From the IMG/VR virus record IMGVR_UViG_3300017747_001801, positions 1-34,273 of that record: a stretch of 34,273 bases of DNA. The stretch is one strand, 5' to 3'. Positions 1 to 9,696 of the stretch are shown one piece after another. The notes under the pieces are model-generated. The model worked only from the letters and a program-made list of their open reading frames with translations. It searched no databases and was not told the DNA's origin. Position numbers and translations under genes: made by a program. This DNA comes from a virus. Its lineage: Duplodnaviria; Caudoviricetes. Every line of letters begins with the position of its first letter. The stretch's first letter is position 1.

Positions 1-264
1 GAGGAATACAAGTTCTTCAAGATCGTCACGGTTGAGCAGTTGGCTGATGCCAACGACAATCTGGGTCAGAAGTTTATGAGCTTCCACTCGGACAAGCAGA
101 AGGCCAAGGCATTCCTTGAGGTGGCTGCAGGCAACGCGCCTATCGAGAAGATGCACGCTGAGCTTGCCAAGCGTGATGAAGAAATTGAGACGCTGAAGGC
201 GCAGATGGCTGCGCTGATGGCCAACACCAAGCAGCGCAAGGTTGCGGCTACCGAAGAAGCCTAA
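1..264 (+). CDS. Conserved phage hypothetical protein, 5'-truncated (head module)
   Basis: Frame is open from base 1 (EEYKFFKIVTVEQLADAND...), C-terminal coiled coil, directly upstream of head-completion genes. Confidence 0.6.
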   Translation, partial: EEYKFFKIVTVEQLADANDNLGQKFMSFHSDKQKAKAFLEVAAGNAPIEKMHAELAKRDEEIETLKAQMAALMANTKQRKVAATEEA

Positions 265-279
265 CGTAAGGACTGAGCA

Positions 280-1029
280 ATGGCATTCCAGCTTGTAGAC
301 GACTCATCGCTGCTTGCCGTTGTTCAGAACATGGCGTCTATGGTGGGGTATCCGACCCCAGCAGACGCCGCTGGATCGACTGATCCGGCAGTGCAGCAGA
401 TGGTGCAGGCGGTCAACCTCGCTGGGGTTGATCTCCTGTCCATGCACGATTGGCAGGAGCTGACAAAGCCTTACACCATCAGCATCGTCTCAGACATGAG
501 CGGGCAGAAGGAGAAGGCGTTTGCGCTGCCGGATGACTTCTACGAGTTTGTTGACCAGACTCAGTGGAACGAGACGAATCAGTTGCCTGCGCTGGGTCCA
601 ATTAGTGCTCAGTTTTGGCAGCAGTTGTTGGTGCGTACCACGCTGCCAACGCTGTCCTTTTACTGGCAGGTCCGCGACAACCAGATTTACATCTTGGCGC
701 CGCCTGACAGTGCGCAAGACCTGACGTTCTTCTACTTGTCTATTGCGTGGGTCCGCGATGCGGATGACTCCACGCTGTACAAGAACCGCGTCACCAAGAA
801 CGGTGACGTCATCTTGATTGACCCGTATCTGGTCACACTGCTGGCGCGTGTAAAGTGGCTGGAGATGAAGGGCTTTGATTCCGCTGCGGCCATGCGTGAC
901 TTCCAAGTGAACTTGGAAAACCGCAAGGGCAACGAGCGAGGAGCACCCGTGCTGACGATGGTGCGGGACTACACGTTCCCATACCTGCAACCGCTGACGA
1001 ATACGCCTGACACCGGCTACGGAGCCTGA
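280..1029 (+). CDS. Putative head-to-tail adaptor / tail tubular protein A-like
   Basis: 249 aa, AAGGA RBS; size and position before a nozzle-like gene match podovirus synteny. Confidence 0.6.
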   Translation: MAFQLVDDSSLLAVVQNMASMVGYPTPADAAGSTDPAVQQMVQAVNLAGVDLLSMHDWQELTKPYTISIVSDMSGQKEKAFALPDDFYEFVDQTQWNETNQLPALGPISAQFWQQLLVRTTLPTLSFYWQVRDNQIYILAPPDSAQDLTFFYLSIAWVRDADDSTLYKNRVTKNGDVILIDPYLVTLLARVKWLEMKGFDSAAAMRDFQVNLENRKGNERGAPVLTMVRDYTFPYLQPLTNTPDTGYGA

Positions 1030-1030
1030 T

Positions 1031-2614
1031 ATGCCTCTGCAGGAGTTGGCTCCATTCAAGACGCCGCGTAGGGCAGCGGCTACGCAGACGTCATCTTTGG
1101 TCAACGTGCCCGCGCCTGTGGGTGGGTTGAACCTGCGTGACCCCATCAGCGCCATGTCACCGATTGACGCTGTGGTGCTGGACAACATGGTCCCGCGTCA
1201 GACTGGCGTCGAAATTCGTTACGGCTATCAAGTGTTTACGGAAGAGATTGGCTATGAGCCAAAGTCCGTGTTTGCGTATAGCGCGTTGAATGGCGAAGAC
1301 AAGCTGTTTGCGGCGGCCAACGGCAACATTTATGACATCACTGACGGCACGGTAACCGTCTCTCAGTCCGCGACTGGCAGTACCGATGACATCTGGTCTA
1401 CCACGATGTTTTCGACGGGCGCTGACAACTTCCTGCTGGCTGTGTCTGCGAGTGGCGGTTATTGGACGTATTCAAACGCAACCGGGTGGATCAAGCGTAC
1501 GCCATCAAGCCTGCCGACAACAGGATTGAATTCTGTAATGGTATGGAAGCAACGCGTCTTCTTTACCGTCAAGAACAGCGCCAACATCTATTACATGCAC
1601 AACGTCAATGTTGTGACTGGCGCGACGTCCGCGTTCAACATGGGCTCGCAGTTGCGCAATGGTGGCTACATCTGCGGCTTGATCAGTTGGACGCTGGACG
1701 CTGGCGTTGGCATTGATGATCACTTGGTAGTGGTTGGCTCGCAAGGCGACCTGTCTGTGTGGACTGGTACTGACCCGGCTAGCGCGACCACTTTTGCCAT
1801 CAAGGGCACTTGGTACGTTGGCCCTGTGCCGACCATCGGACGCTTTTTCACCGCGTTTGGCGGTGATGTGATGATCCTGTCTGAGATGGGTCTGGTGCCC
1901 GTCAGCAAGCTGGTCAACGGGCAGTTTGTTGAATCCAACAATGGCGTCAGCAGCAAGATTCAGTCTGTGTTGACGCCATTGGTGCGCCAACTGCGCAATG
2001 TCGAAGGCTGGGACATTTTTATTGTCCCGTCGCAGGACATTTTGGTTATCAAGCTACCGCCGCAAAACGGTGTGTATCAGCAGTTCGCCATGAACATCAC
2101 CACGGGCGCGTGGTGTACGTTCAGCAACATGCCAATGTTTGCGACGGCCATTTGGGATGGTGAGCTGTACTTCTGCACTGGTGAGGTTGTTTGTCACGGC
2201 TTGTATGGCAAGCGCGATGGAGTTGCGCTGGATGGCACTGGCGGTGACCCGATTGAAGGCGATGTGCAGACATCGTTTCAGTCATTTGACTCGCCTGGGC
2301 AAATCAAGCGCTTTGGTCTAGCTCGCCCAGTGTTTGTGGCACCCGAAGCGCCAAGCGTCAAGCTGCGCGTTAACACTCAGTATCAGTTCACTGGCGTTGA
2401 AGGCTCTCCAGCGTTCTCTCAAGACGCGTTGGCGTTTTGGGATTCTGCGGTGTGGAACGCTGCCTTGTGGGTGGGCGGGACTGACACTTATGAGTCTTGG
2501 GTTGGTGCAACTGGGCTAGGTTACTACGGCTCGATTCGCATGAAGGTGCGCGGCGTTCCGCAGACGCTATTCATGTCTTCGCACCTCATGGTCAATGTTG
2601 GGGGAATGATGTAA
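1031..2614 (+). CDS. Putative tail nozzle / packaged-DNA stabilisation protein (P22 gp10 / tail tubular B-like)
   Basis: 527 aa, N-terminal PAPVGGLN..D motif, beta-rich composition, synteny. Confidence 0.65.
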   Translation: MPLQELAPFKTPRRAAATQTSSLVNVPAPVGGLNLRDPISAMSPIDAVVLDNMVPRQTGVEIRYGYQVFTEEIGYEPKSVFAYSALNGEDKLFAAANGNIYDITDGTVTVSQSATGSTDDIWSTTMFSTGADNFLLAVSASGGYWTYSNATGWIKRTPSSLPTTGLNSVMVWKQRVFFTVKNSANIYYMHNVNVVTGATSAFNMGSQLRNGGYICGLISWTLDAGVGIDDHLVVVGSQGDLSVWTGTDPASATTFAIKGTWYVGPVPTIGRFFTAFGGDVMILSEMGLVPVSKLVNGQFVESNNGVSSKIQSVLTPLVRQLRNVEGWDIFIVPSQDILVIKLPPQNGVYQQFAMNITTGAWCTFSNMPMFATAIWDGELYFCTGEVVCHGLYGKRDGVALDGTGGDPIEGDVQTSFQSFDSPGQIKRFGLARPVFVAPEAPSVKLRVNTQYQFTGVEGSPAFSQDALAFWDSAVWNAALWVGGTDTYESWVGATGLGYYGSIRMKVRGVPQTLFMSSHLMVNVGGMM

Positions 2615-3660
2615 TGGCAACCGCACCGGCTACTGTGGCACCCGCCAACGCGTTGATCATGGCTTTGCGGGCTGCTACGCCAACGCAAGGGCAAGCGTCT
2701 ACGCTGCGTTTTTACGACAACCCTGAAAACAGCGTTTACACCCCGCGTGTGCGGCCTGTGTATGTGCCTCCTGCGTTGCCGCCTGGCCTGAATATTGGTC
2801 CGCAGTTGCCTGCTCCTGCGCCTGCTCCGACACCTCCCGCGCCTGCTCCTGTCCCTCCAGCGCCACGGCCTTCATTTATTCAGCCCAAAAGCACGCTCAT
2901 CTCGCTAGACGATGAGCCTGTTACGCCGGATGTTCCTGATTACACAGATGATTTGTTTGGCCCTGATGTAGGACCGCCTTCGCCTCCTGGGCCTGATGTC
3001 AGGCCACCAGCCCCGGTGCAAACTTATCCCGTCTATACGGCGCCTGCGTTCACATCAAGGTTGATTGAAGAAAAGTCGCCATCTGTTGAGGTCATCCAAG
3101 ATTTGCCTGTATCAACCGATCAGGTTCCTCCGACTGATGCTGCAGATGACTTTGAGATTGATCGAGAGCTTGGCATCGTGTCTCAGTACGATGTGTTTGG
3201 ACCGTTCTTAACAGCTAGCAACAAGCCGACAAAAAAGCCTTCTGTTGATGTCATTGAGGGGCTTGACGTCACCGACGCGCCTGCTGTCAAAACGGACCCT
3301 GCGGATGACTTTGAAATTGACCGCGAGGCGGGGTTGGTGCCTGAGTGGGATGTCTACGTTCCACCGCCTCCACCCCCCCCGCCGCCTCCTCCACCTCCGC
3401 CTGAGCCCAGCGCACCAGATGGCGGCGGCGAAGGTGATCCTGGCGGCTTTGGCGATTTCTACGTTCCTCCGACAATCATTCGCAGTGTGTCTCCAGACCC
3501 TCTAGATGAGTGGGATGAGATTGAGTTGCCAGAGCCTGAGATTCCATTGCCGGAAATCCCTGCGCCATCGCTCTCAATGTCTGATGCTTCCCTGCTTGAC
3601 CTGCTGATGGGCTTGGACATGAACGACATGGATGTGTCTTACATGAACTACGGACGATGA
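2614..3660 (+). CDS. Proline-rich acidic, probably disordered protein
   Basis: ATG at 2614 overlaps the upstream TAA (TAATG) and stop overlaps the next ATG (ATGA); 348 aa; 14-Pro run with mixed codons. Confidence 0.65.
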   Translation: MATAPATVAPANALIMALRAATPTQGQASTLRFYDNPENSVYTPRVRPVYVPPALPPGLNIGPQLPAPAPAPTPPAPAPVPPAPRPSFIQPKSTLISLDDEPVTPDVPDYTDDLFGPDVGPPSPPGPDVRPPAPVQTYPVYTAPAFTSRLIEEKSPSVEVIQDLPVSTDQVPPTDAADDFEIDRELGIVSQYDVFGPFLTASNKPTKKPSVDVIEGLDVTDAPAVKTDPADDFEIDREAGLVPEWDVYVPPPPPPPPPPPPPPEPSAPDGGGEGDPGGFGDFYVPPTIIRSVSPDPLDEWDEIELPEPEIPLPEIPAPSLSMSDASLLDLLMGLDMNDMDVSYMNYGR

Positions 3661-4073
3661 AGCTGGTCACGGATCAACCCGGCAGCCCGCCAGTCATTTG
3701 GGAGTGGATGAACAGGCAGACGCGTCTGCCTTGGTCGAGTGATCTGCGTTGCATTGCTGCGATGCGTGATGATGGAACGATTGCTTGTGCTGTTGCTTTC
3801 AATGCGTGGACTGAGCAAGCGTGCTGGATGCACGCGGCGTTTGATCATGAGCACGCGCTCACGCGTTCGCTGTGGCGTGCGGCGTTTGAGTATCCGTTCA
3901 TTACATGCGGCAAGTCTGCCGTGTATGGCCTGACGCCAAAGCACTTGGAAGAGGCGCTCAAGATGAATCGGAAGTTGGGATTTAAGGAGATCGCGCAGAC
4001 AATTGACTGCGTGATGTTCGAGATGAAAGTCGAAGATTGCCGTTGGCTAAAAGGAGCTAAACATGGGCGGTAA
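3657..4073 (+). CDS. GNAT-fold acetyltransferase-like protein (podovirus internal virion protein A-like)
   Basis: 138 aa with N..A.K.N.KLGF-like GNAT C-terminal motif (EEALKMNRKLGFKE); standard position between nozzle and ejection genes. Confidence 0.65.
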   Translation: MKLVTDQPGSPPVIWEWMNRQTRLPWSSDLRCIAAMRDDGTIACAVAFNAWTEQACWMHAAFDHEHALTRSLWRAAFEYPFITCGKSAVYGLTPKHLEEALKMNRKLGFKEIAQTIDCVMFEMKVEDCRWLKGAKHGR

Positions 4074-6540
4074 GGGAAGAGCGCCAGCCGCGCCGGATTA
4101 CGTCGGCGCTGCTCAGCAGCAAGCGGCAGCTTCCAGAGAGCTGACCAATGTTCAGAACTTTGCGAACCGCCCGACGATCAACACGCCGTTTGGTTCGCAA
4201 TCTTGGCAAACCGGCAGCACCGTTGATCCTGCAACGGGTCAGACGGTTACGTCTTGGACCCAAAACAACACTCTTGCGCCTGAGCTTCAGCAGGCGCTTG
4301 GGGCGCAGATTGGTTTGCAGAATGAGCGCAGCCAGCTTGCGTCTGACTTTATGGGGCGCGTGGAACAGGAATACCAGCGTCCGTTTGACTGGCAGAGCTT
4401 GCCCCAAATGGCTGGGCTCGATCAAACAACCAGCCTCAACACGCAAGTTGCTGATTACACGCCCGCGTTGCGCACAGATGTAGCTCAACAAGGTGTTGTC
4501 GGAGGTTTCAATTTTGGTGGCCCTCAAATGGGCGTTGCTTCGTTTAACGAGGCAATACAGGGTGGTGTTCCGCAGTACGGGTTGCAGACGTCATTTGATC
4601 CAATGATGTCTAGCCTTCGCACTAACACGCAGCAGTCTCCCGTATCCACATCGTTTGATCCGATGACGGGCGGCGTGCAGCGTGGCGTGCAAAACCTTGA
4701 CGTTAATAGGCAATTCAACCCTATGACTCAAGGAATCACATCGTCCTTGCAGAACACGAGTGTTGACACTGGGTTTACACCCATGAACAACAACATCAGG
4801 TCTTCAGTGCCCAACATAGCTGTTGACACTCAGTTTGACCCGATGGCTAACGACATCAGAAGGTCAGTTCAGAACTTCAATCTTGATGCCAGGTTTACGC
4901 CAATGATTGGCGATTTGAGCCGAGGCGTTCAAAGAGAGTCTTTGCAGCGCGGCTTGAATATGGGTGACAACCCAGCTTTGCCGCAGTTTGACTCTAGCTA
5001 TCGTGACACTGTGGCTCAGTCTTTGATTGAGCGTATGCAGCCTGTGCATGAGCGTCAACAACAGCAACTTGAGACGCAGTTGGCCAATCAGGGCTTTACG
5101 GTTGGTAGTGAAGGCTACACGCGTGCTTTGGCGGATTTACAGGCGCGTCAAGCTGCAGAGCGTTACAACGCTTTGGATACCGCAGGCAACGAAGCTCAGC
5201 GTCTGTTCAACATGGGCATGGGTGCGCGTCAGCAAGCCTTCCAAGAGGATGTGACTGGCGGTCAGTTTTCCAACGCTGCTGCCCAGCAAGCATTTCAGCA
5301 AGGTTTGTCTGCAAACCAGTTTCAGAACCAGGCTACGCAGCAAGCATTTCAGCAAGACATGGCGGCGCGTCAAGCGGCTAATCAAACGCTTGGACAGCAG
5401 TTTGGTCAGAATATTCAGTCCGCTAACTTTGGCAATCAAGCAATTCAGCAAGCGTTTAATCAGAACGTTGCTGCGCGTCAAGCTGCCAATCAAGCGCGTG
5501 GGCAGCAATTTGTACAGAACCTGCAATCAGCAAACTTTGCTAATCAGGCGTTGCAACAGGGCTTTCAGCAAGACATGGCTGCAAGACAGGCGGCAAATCA
5601 GGCCCGTGGTCAGCAGTTTGGACAAAACCTGCAAACCGCCAATTTTGGCAATCAGGCTTTGCAGCAGGCTTTTCAGCAGGATTTGGCTGCAAGACAGGCA
5701 GCCAACCAAGCGACCGGCCAACAGTTTGGGCAGAACTTGCAGGCGGCAAACTTTGGCAACGCTGCTTTGCAGCAGGCTTATCAACAGGCGCTTGGCGCTA
5801 CGCAGGCGGCTAACGCTGCACGCGGGCAGGAATTCCAACAAAACTTGGCTGGCAACCAGTTTGCCAATCAGGCTATTTCGCAGGGATTCCAGCAGAACAT
5901 GGCGGCTGACCAAGCCAGCAATGCCGCGTTGAATGCTCAATTTCAGCAGGGTCTGTCTGCCGGTCAGTTTGGCAACGCTGCTGCAAATCAAGCGTTCCAG
6001 CAAAACTTGGGCGCTGCACAATTTGGCAACCAAGCGCAGCAGCAGTTGTTTGGTCAAAACCTGTCACAGGCTGACTTGGCCAACCGTGCTGCAGCACAGG
6101 CATTCAGCCAAGACCTTGCAGCTAATCAGTTCAACAATCAGGCGCTGGGCCAAGCGTCTGCGTTGGATTTGGCGCGGATGCAAGCTCAAAACAACGCGCT
6201 TGCACAGCAGCAATCTCTGAATCAGAGCTTTGCTGACCAGCAAAACCGACTGCGCCAGCAGGCGATTGCAGAGCAGATGCAGCGCCGTGGCATGTCGCTC
6301 AACGAGATGAACGCGTTGCTGTCTGGTCAGCAGGTCGCTATGCCGCAAATGCCATCGTTTGTGTCTGCTGGCCGCGCCGAGACGCCCAACATCTTGGGCG
6401 CCACGCAGATGGGATATGACGCGGCTCTTGGCGCGTACAACGCTCAGCAGGCGGCTGGCGCCAATATGCTGGGTGGTCTGTTCTCTTTGGGTAGCGCGGC
6501 AATGGGTAATCCCGCTGGCTTGTTTGGATTTGGAAGGTAA
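4063..6540 (+). CDS. Internal virion / DNA ejection protein with Q/A/N-rich repeats
   Basis: MGGKG..PAAPDY start, TPFGS motif, LANQG...GSE.Y core and hydrophobic Gly-rich C-terminus typical of ejection proteins; AAGGAG RBS. Confidence 0.7.
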   Translation: MGGKGRAPAAPDYVGAAQQQAAASRELTNVQNFANRPTINTPFGSQSWQTGSTVDPATGQTVTSWTQNNTLAPELQQALGAQIGLQNERSQLASDFMGRVEQEYQRPFDWQSLPQMAGLDQTTSLNTQVADYTPALRTDVAQQGVVGGFNFGGPQMGVASFNEAIQGGVPQYGLQTSFDPMMSSLRTNTQQSPVSTSFDPMTGGVQRGVQNLDVNRQFNPMTQGITSSLQNTSVDTGFTPMNNNIRSSVPNIAVDTQFDPMANDIRRSVQNFNLDARFTPMIGDLSRGVQRESLQRGLNMGDNPALPQFDSSYRDTVAQSLIERMQPVHERQQQQLETQLANQGFTVGSEGYTRALADLQARQAAERYNALDTAGNEAQRLFNMGMGARQQAFQEDVTGGQFSNAAAQQAFQQGLSANQFQNQATQQAFQQDMAARQAANQTLGQQFGQNIQSANFGNQAIQQAFNQNVAARQAANQARGQQFVQNLQSANFANQALQQGFQQDMAARQAANQARGQQFGQNLQTANFGNQALQQAFQQDLAARQAANQATGQQFGQNLQAANFGNAALQQAYQQALGATQAANAARGQEFQQNLAGNQFANQAISQGFQQNMAADQASNAALNAQFQQGLSAGQFGNAAANQAFQQNLGAAQFGNQAQQQLFGQNLSQADLANRAAAQAFSQDLAANQFNNQALGQASALDLARMQAQNNALAQQQSLNQSFADQQNRLRQQAIAEQMQRRGMSLNEMNALLSGQQVAMPQMPSFVSAGRAETPNILGATQMGYDAALGAYNAQQAAGANMLGGLFSLGSAAMGNPAGLFGFGR
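4594..4953 (+). repeat. Six in-frame 60-nt (20-aa) repeats F[DNT]PM...
   Basis: FDPMM, FDPMT, FNPMT, FTPMN, FDPMA, FTPMI begin at 4594, 4654, 4714, 4774, 4834, 4894. Confidence 0.85.
5230..6255 (+). repeat. About 19 in-frame 54-nt (18-aa) repeats QQAFQQ.L...QF.N.A, including six 36-aa higher-order units at 5338-5985
   Basis: Direct reading of the translation; 54/108-nt periodicity in the DNA. Confidence 0.85.
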
Positions 6541-6543
6541 GCC

Positions 6544-6906
6544 ATGAACCAAGATGAAATGATGTTTGAGTACCTCTTGCAGATGGGCGCTATGCGCCCT
6601 GAAGAGGTGGAGATGATGCGCAAGCAAAAGCAGATCGATGCGTTGCGTGGCGCCTCGATGGAGACGCCGCAAGGGCAGATGATTGGCAAGCACTATGTGC
6701 CGCCGTCAATCACGCAGTACGCGGCGCAGTTGGGGCAGGGGTACATGGCTGGCAAGGCTCAAAAGGGCCAAGACACGGCCATGCGCGGCATGAACGAGCG
6801 TCAGCGTGCGTTGCTTGAAGAGATGCGCAAGCGCCGCATGGGCGGCATGACTGCTGGCGCGTATGGCATGCCCGACTCTGGCACTGGCGAAAGCTCCGTT
6901 TACTAA
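6544..6906 (+). CDS. Small putative ejection-module protein
   Basis: 120 aa, Met/Gln-rich, GQMIG.HYVPPS motif, tightly packed in the ejection cluster. Confidence 0.55.
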   Translation: MNQDEMMFEYLLQMGAMRPEEVEMMRKQKQIDALRGASMETPQGQMIGKHYVPPSITQYAAQLGQGYMAGKAQKGQDTAMRGMNERQRALLEEMRKRRMGGMTAGAYGMPDSGTGESSVY

Positions 6907-6915
6907 GGAGTGCTC

Positions 6916-8109
6916 ATGGCAACGAGCTTCTATGAAGACAGCATGGAGCGGCGGCGGCGCATGCTGCCCATGTCGCTTGGCGTGCAGTCGCCTGACGGCG
7001 TTCTGACACAGACGGTGCAGCCTGGGCAGGCCACGCAGGCCGCTGCTTCGTTGCCGCGCTCACTTGAACTGCGCCGCAAGATTGCCGAGCTGGAAGGCTC
7101 GCAGGCTGAAGACGATGGCGGCATGTCCACGCTGAACGCGCTGGCTGCGCAGTTCGCGGGCGAGTCATTCGCGCCCATCCAAGCCCAGTACCTCAAGCGT
7201 GCATCTGCATCGTCTCCGCAGGCGCGTACTCAGGCGCAACTGGCGCGGCTGATGCGTGAGGCTGAGATTGCTGACCGGCAGGAGGGTCAGCAGGCTTTGC
7301 AGGCTGAGCGATTGGCGGCGCAGCAGCAGGCAGAGGCTGAGCGGCGTGCAGCGGCTGCTGAGAGGGCTGCGCAGTCGGATCAACTGCGGCGTGATTTGGC
7401 GGGGCAAGCTGACGCCACGCGTCGAGATTTGGCGGCTATTGCACGATCCAGCCAAGGCGCACAGCCCTACTTCCAGCCGTTGCAGACCGCGCAAGGCGTC
7501 ATGGCCTTTAACAATCGCACGGGCCGCATGGAGCCTGTCATGGGCGCTGACGGCAGGCCGATTCTGGGCGCTGCTGCAGACCCGGCTTTGCAAGGCGCTC
7601 TGACAGGAGCACGCGAGACGGCAAAGGCTGGCGTTGAGTCCACCGTTGAGACGCGCAAGAACATCTCGCGTGCGGATGAGATGTTGGGCCAAATCAGGAC
7701 CGCAGAAACTCTGTTGTCGGCTGGCCCGACGCAGAGCGGCATTGGCGCCATGCGTGATGCGGCTGGACGGGTTGTTGGGCTGTCAACGCCAAGCGCCCGC
7801 GTTGCATCGCAGCTTGAGACTCTTTCGGGCTGGCTGGTTACCAACGTCCCGCGCATGAAAGGCCCGCAGTCGAACTTTGATGTGCAGGTCTACCGCGAGA
7901 TGGCCGGTAAGGTTGGCGACAGGACTGTGCCGGTTGCTGAGCGTAATGCTGCCCTGCAGACCCTTAAGGGCTTGCAGGAAAAGTACCGCGAGCTGAATCA
8001 GCAGAAGCTGAGCGGGGCATCTCCCGCGCCTGCGCCATCTCGCGCTGGCAGCTTGACACCTGCCGAGCAGGCAGAGCTTGAGCAACTGCGCAAGGCTTTG
8101 GGAAGGTAA
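6916..8109 (+). CDS. Putative DNA transfer / ejection protein
   Basis: AAGGAG RBS before ATG 6916; Ala/Gln/Arg helical; PRM.GPQS..DV motif near the C-terminus. Confidence 0.6.
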   Translation: MATSFYEDSMERRRRMLPMSLGVQSPDGVLTQTVQPGQATQAAASLPRSLELRRKIAELEGSQAEDDGGMSTLNALAAQFAGESFAPIQAQYLKRASASSPQARTQAQLARLMREAEIADRQEGQQALQAERLAAQQQAEAERRAAAAERAAQSDQLRRDLAGQADATRRDLAAIARSSQGAQPYFQPLQTAQGVMAFNNRTGRMEPVMGADGRPILGAAADPALQGALTGARETAKAGVESTVETRKNISRADEMLGQIRTAETLLSAGPTQSGIGAMRDAAGRVVGLSTPSARVASQLETLSGWLVTNVPRMKGPQSNFDVQVYREMAGKVGDRTVPVAERNAALQTLKGLQEKYRELNQQKLSGASPAPAPSRAGSLTPAEQAELEQLRKALGR

Positions 8110-8112
8110 AGC

Positions 8113-9687
8113 ATGGACCCGCGCCAAGAACTTGAGATGCTGCGCCGCTTGGCCGAGCTTGAGGCCAAAGCCGGGCGCCCTGTGCAAACTGAGCAACCGC
8201 AAGCCAAGCCAGAACCATCATTTCTGCGCCAAGCCGCTGGCGCGGTTGGCAACTTGGCTGCTGGTGCTCTGCGCGGCGCGGGCTCCATCGGCGCCACTTT
8301 GCTGGCTCCGCAGGACATGCTGCAGGATGCTCTGCAAGGTCGTGGCTTGTCGCTGCAAAGCAACCGCGAGCGCCGCGCTGCAATGGATGAGGGGCTGCGC
8401 TCAATGGGCGCTGATCCTGAATCGATGTCCTATCAGGCAGGCAAGATCGGCGGTGAGATTGCGGGCACTGCGGGTGCTGGTGGCGTGCTTGGCAAGGCTG
8501 TGGAAGTCACCGGCAGGGCTCCTATGCTGGCTCAGGCGCTGCGCAGTGGCGGCATGGCTGCAGGCCCTAACATGGCAACCCGTGTGGCTGGCGGTGCGGC
8601 TAGCGGCGGCGCATCTGCTGCGCTGGTCAACCCTGAAGAGGCTGGCACTGGCGCACTGATTGGTGGCGGCCTGCCGCTGGCAATGCGTGCAGCGCGTGGC
8701 GCGGTAAGTGCTGGTCGCAACATCGTTGGCGCGTCTACTGGCGCAGGCGAGCAGGCGCTAAAGACTGCGTATGAGTCTGGCAAGGCAGGCGGCGCTCAAG
8801 CCAAGGCATTCCGCGAGAACATGCGCGGCCAAGCCGACTTGACTGATGTACTCGATGACGCTCGCGCCAATCTGGACACGATGCGGCAAGCGCGTTCGGC
8901 AGAATACAGGGCCAACATGGCGCCTGTGACTGCCGACAAGACCGTGCTTGATTTGCAGCCTATCGGCAAGTCTGTTCAGGACTCCATCACCCAATTCACA
9001 TTCAAAGGCCAAGCGCGTAACCCGCAAGTTTTGAACGCGCTTAAGGACGTTGAGGAAGAGGTGCTGAACTGGAGCAAGCTAGACCCTGCTGAATTCCACA
9101 CGCCAGAAGGCTTAGACGCGCTCAAGCAGCGTATCAGTGCTATTCGTGAGCGTCAGCCCGTTGAGGCTACTGCGGTCCGCAAGGCCATTGGCAACGTCTA
9201 CAACAGCGTCAAGCAACAGATTGAGTCCCAAGCGCCTGACTACGCAAAGGCGATGAAGGACTACACGCAGGCGTCTGAGTTGCTGGATGAGATCACGCGC
9301 AGCTTGTCGCTGGGCAATCGAGCCAGCGCAGACACTGCCATGCGCAAGCTGCAGTCTGTGATGCGTAACAACGTCAACACCAACTATGGCGCTAGGTTGT
9401 CATCGCTGCAGGAGCTTGAGCAGCAAGGAGGGCGTCAGTTGATGCCGCAGTTGGCTGGTCAGGCTTTGAACGACTTTATGCCGCGTGGCATTCAGCGTGC
9501 AACGGCGCCGCTGGCATCGTTGGCAACAGGTTCTGTGGCGGGCATTCCTGGCGGCATTGCTGCGGCTGCCACATCGTCACCGCGTTTGATGGGCGAGGCT
9601 GCTTACTTTGCTGGCCGAGCTGATCCGTTCATTGAAGCACTCAGGCGCGGCACTCGGTATGCCGCCCCTGTTCTTGGCGCACAGTAA
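8113..9687 (+). CDS. Putative large DNA transfer / ejection protein
   Basis: 524 aa, Gly/Ala-rich membrane-like segments, helical C-terminal part with SPRL.GE motif; last gene before the tail fibre. Confidence 0.6.
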   Translation: MDPRQELEMLRRLAELEAKAGRPVQTEQPQAKPEPSFLRQAAGAVGNLAAGALRGAGSIGATLLAPQDMLQDALQGRGLSLQSNRERRAAMDEGLRSMGADPESMSYQAGKIGGEIAGTAGAGGVLGKAVEVTGRAPMLAQALRSGGMAAGPNMATRVAGGAASGGASAALVNPEEAGTGALIGGGLPLAMRAARGAVSAGRNIVGASTGAGEQALKTAYESGKAGGAQAKAFRENMRGQADLTDVLDDARANLDTMRQARSAEYRANMAPVTADKTVLDLQPIGKSVQDSITQFTFKGQARNPQVLNALKDVEEEVLNWSKLDPAEFHTPEGLDALKQRISAIRERQPVEATAVRKAIGNVYNSVKQQIESQAPDYAKAMKDYTQASELLDEITRSLSLGNRASADTAMRKLQSVMRNNVNTNYGARLSSLQELEQQGGRQLMPQLAGQALNDFMPRGIQRATAPLASLATGSVAGIPGGIAAAATSSPRLMGEAAYFAGRADPFIEALRRGTRYAAPVLGAQ

Positions 9688-9696
9688 GGAGTAAAC

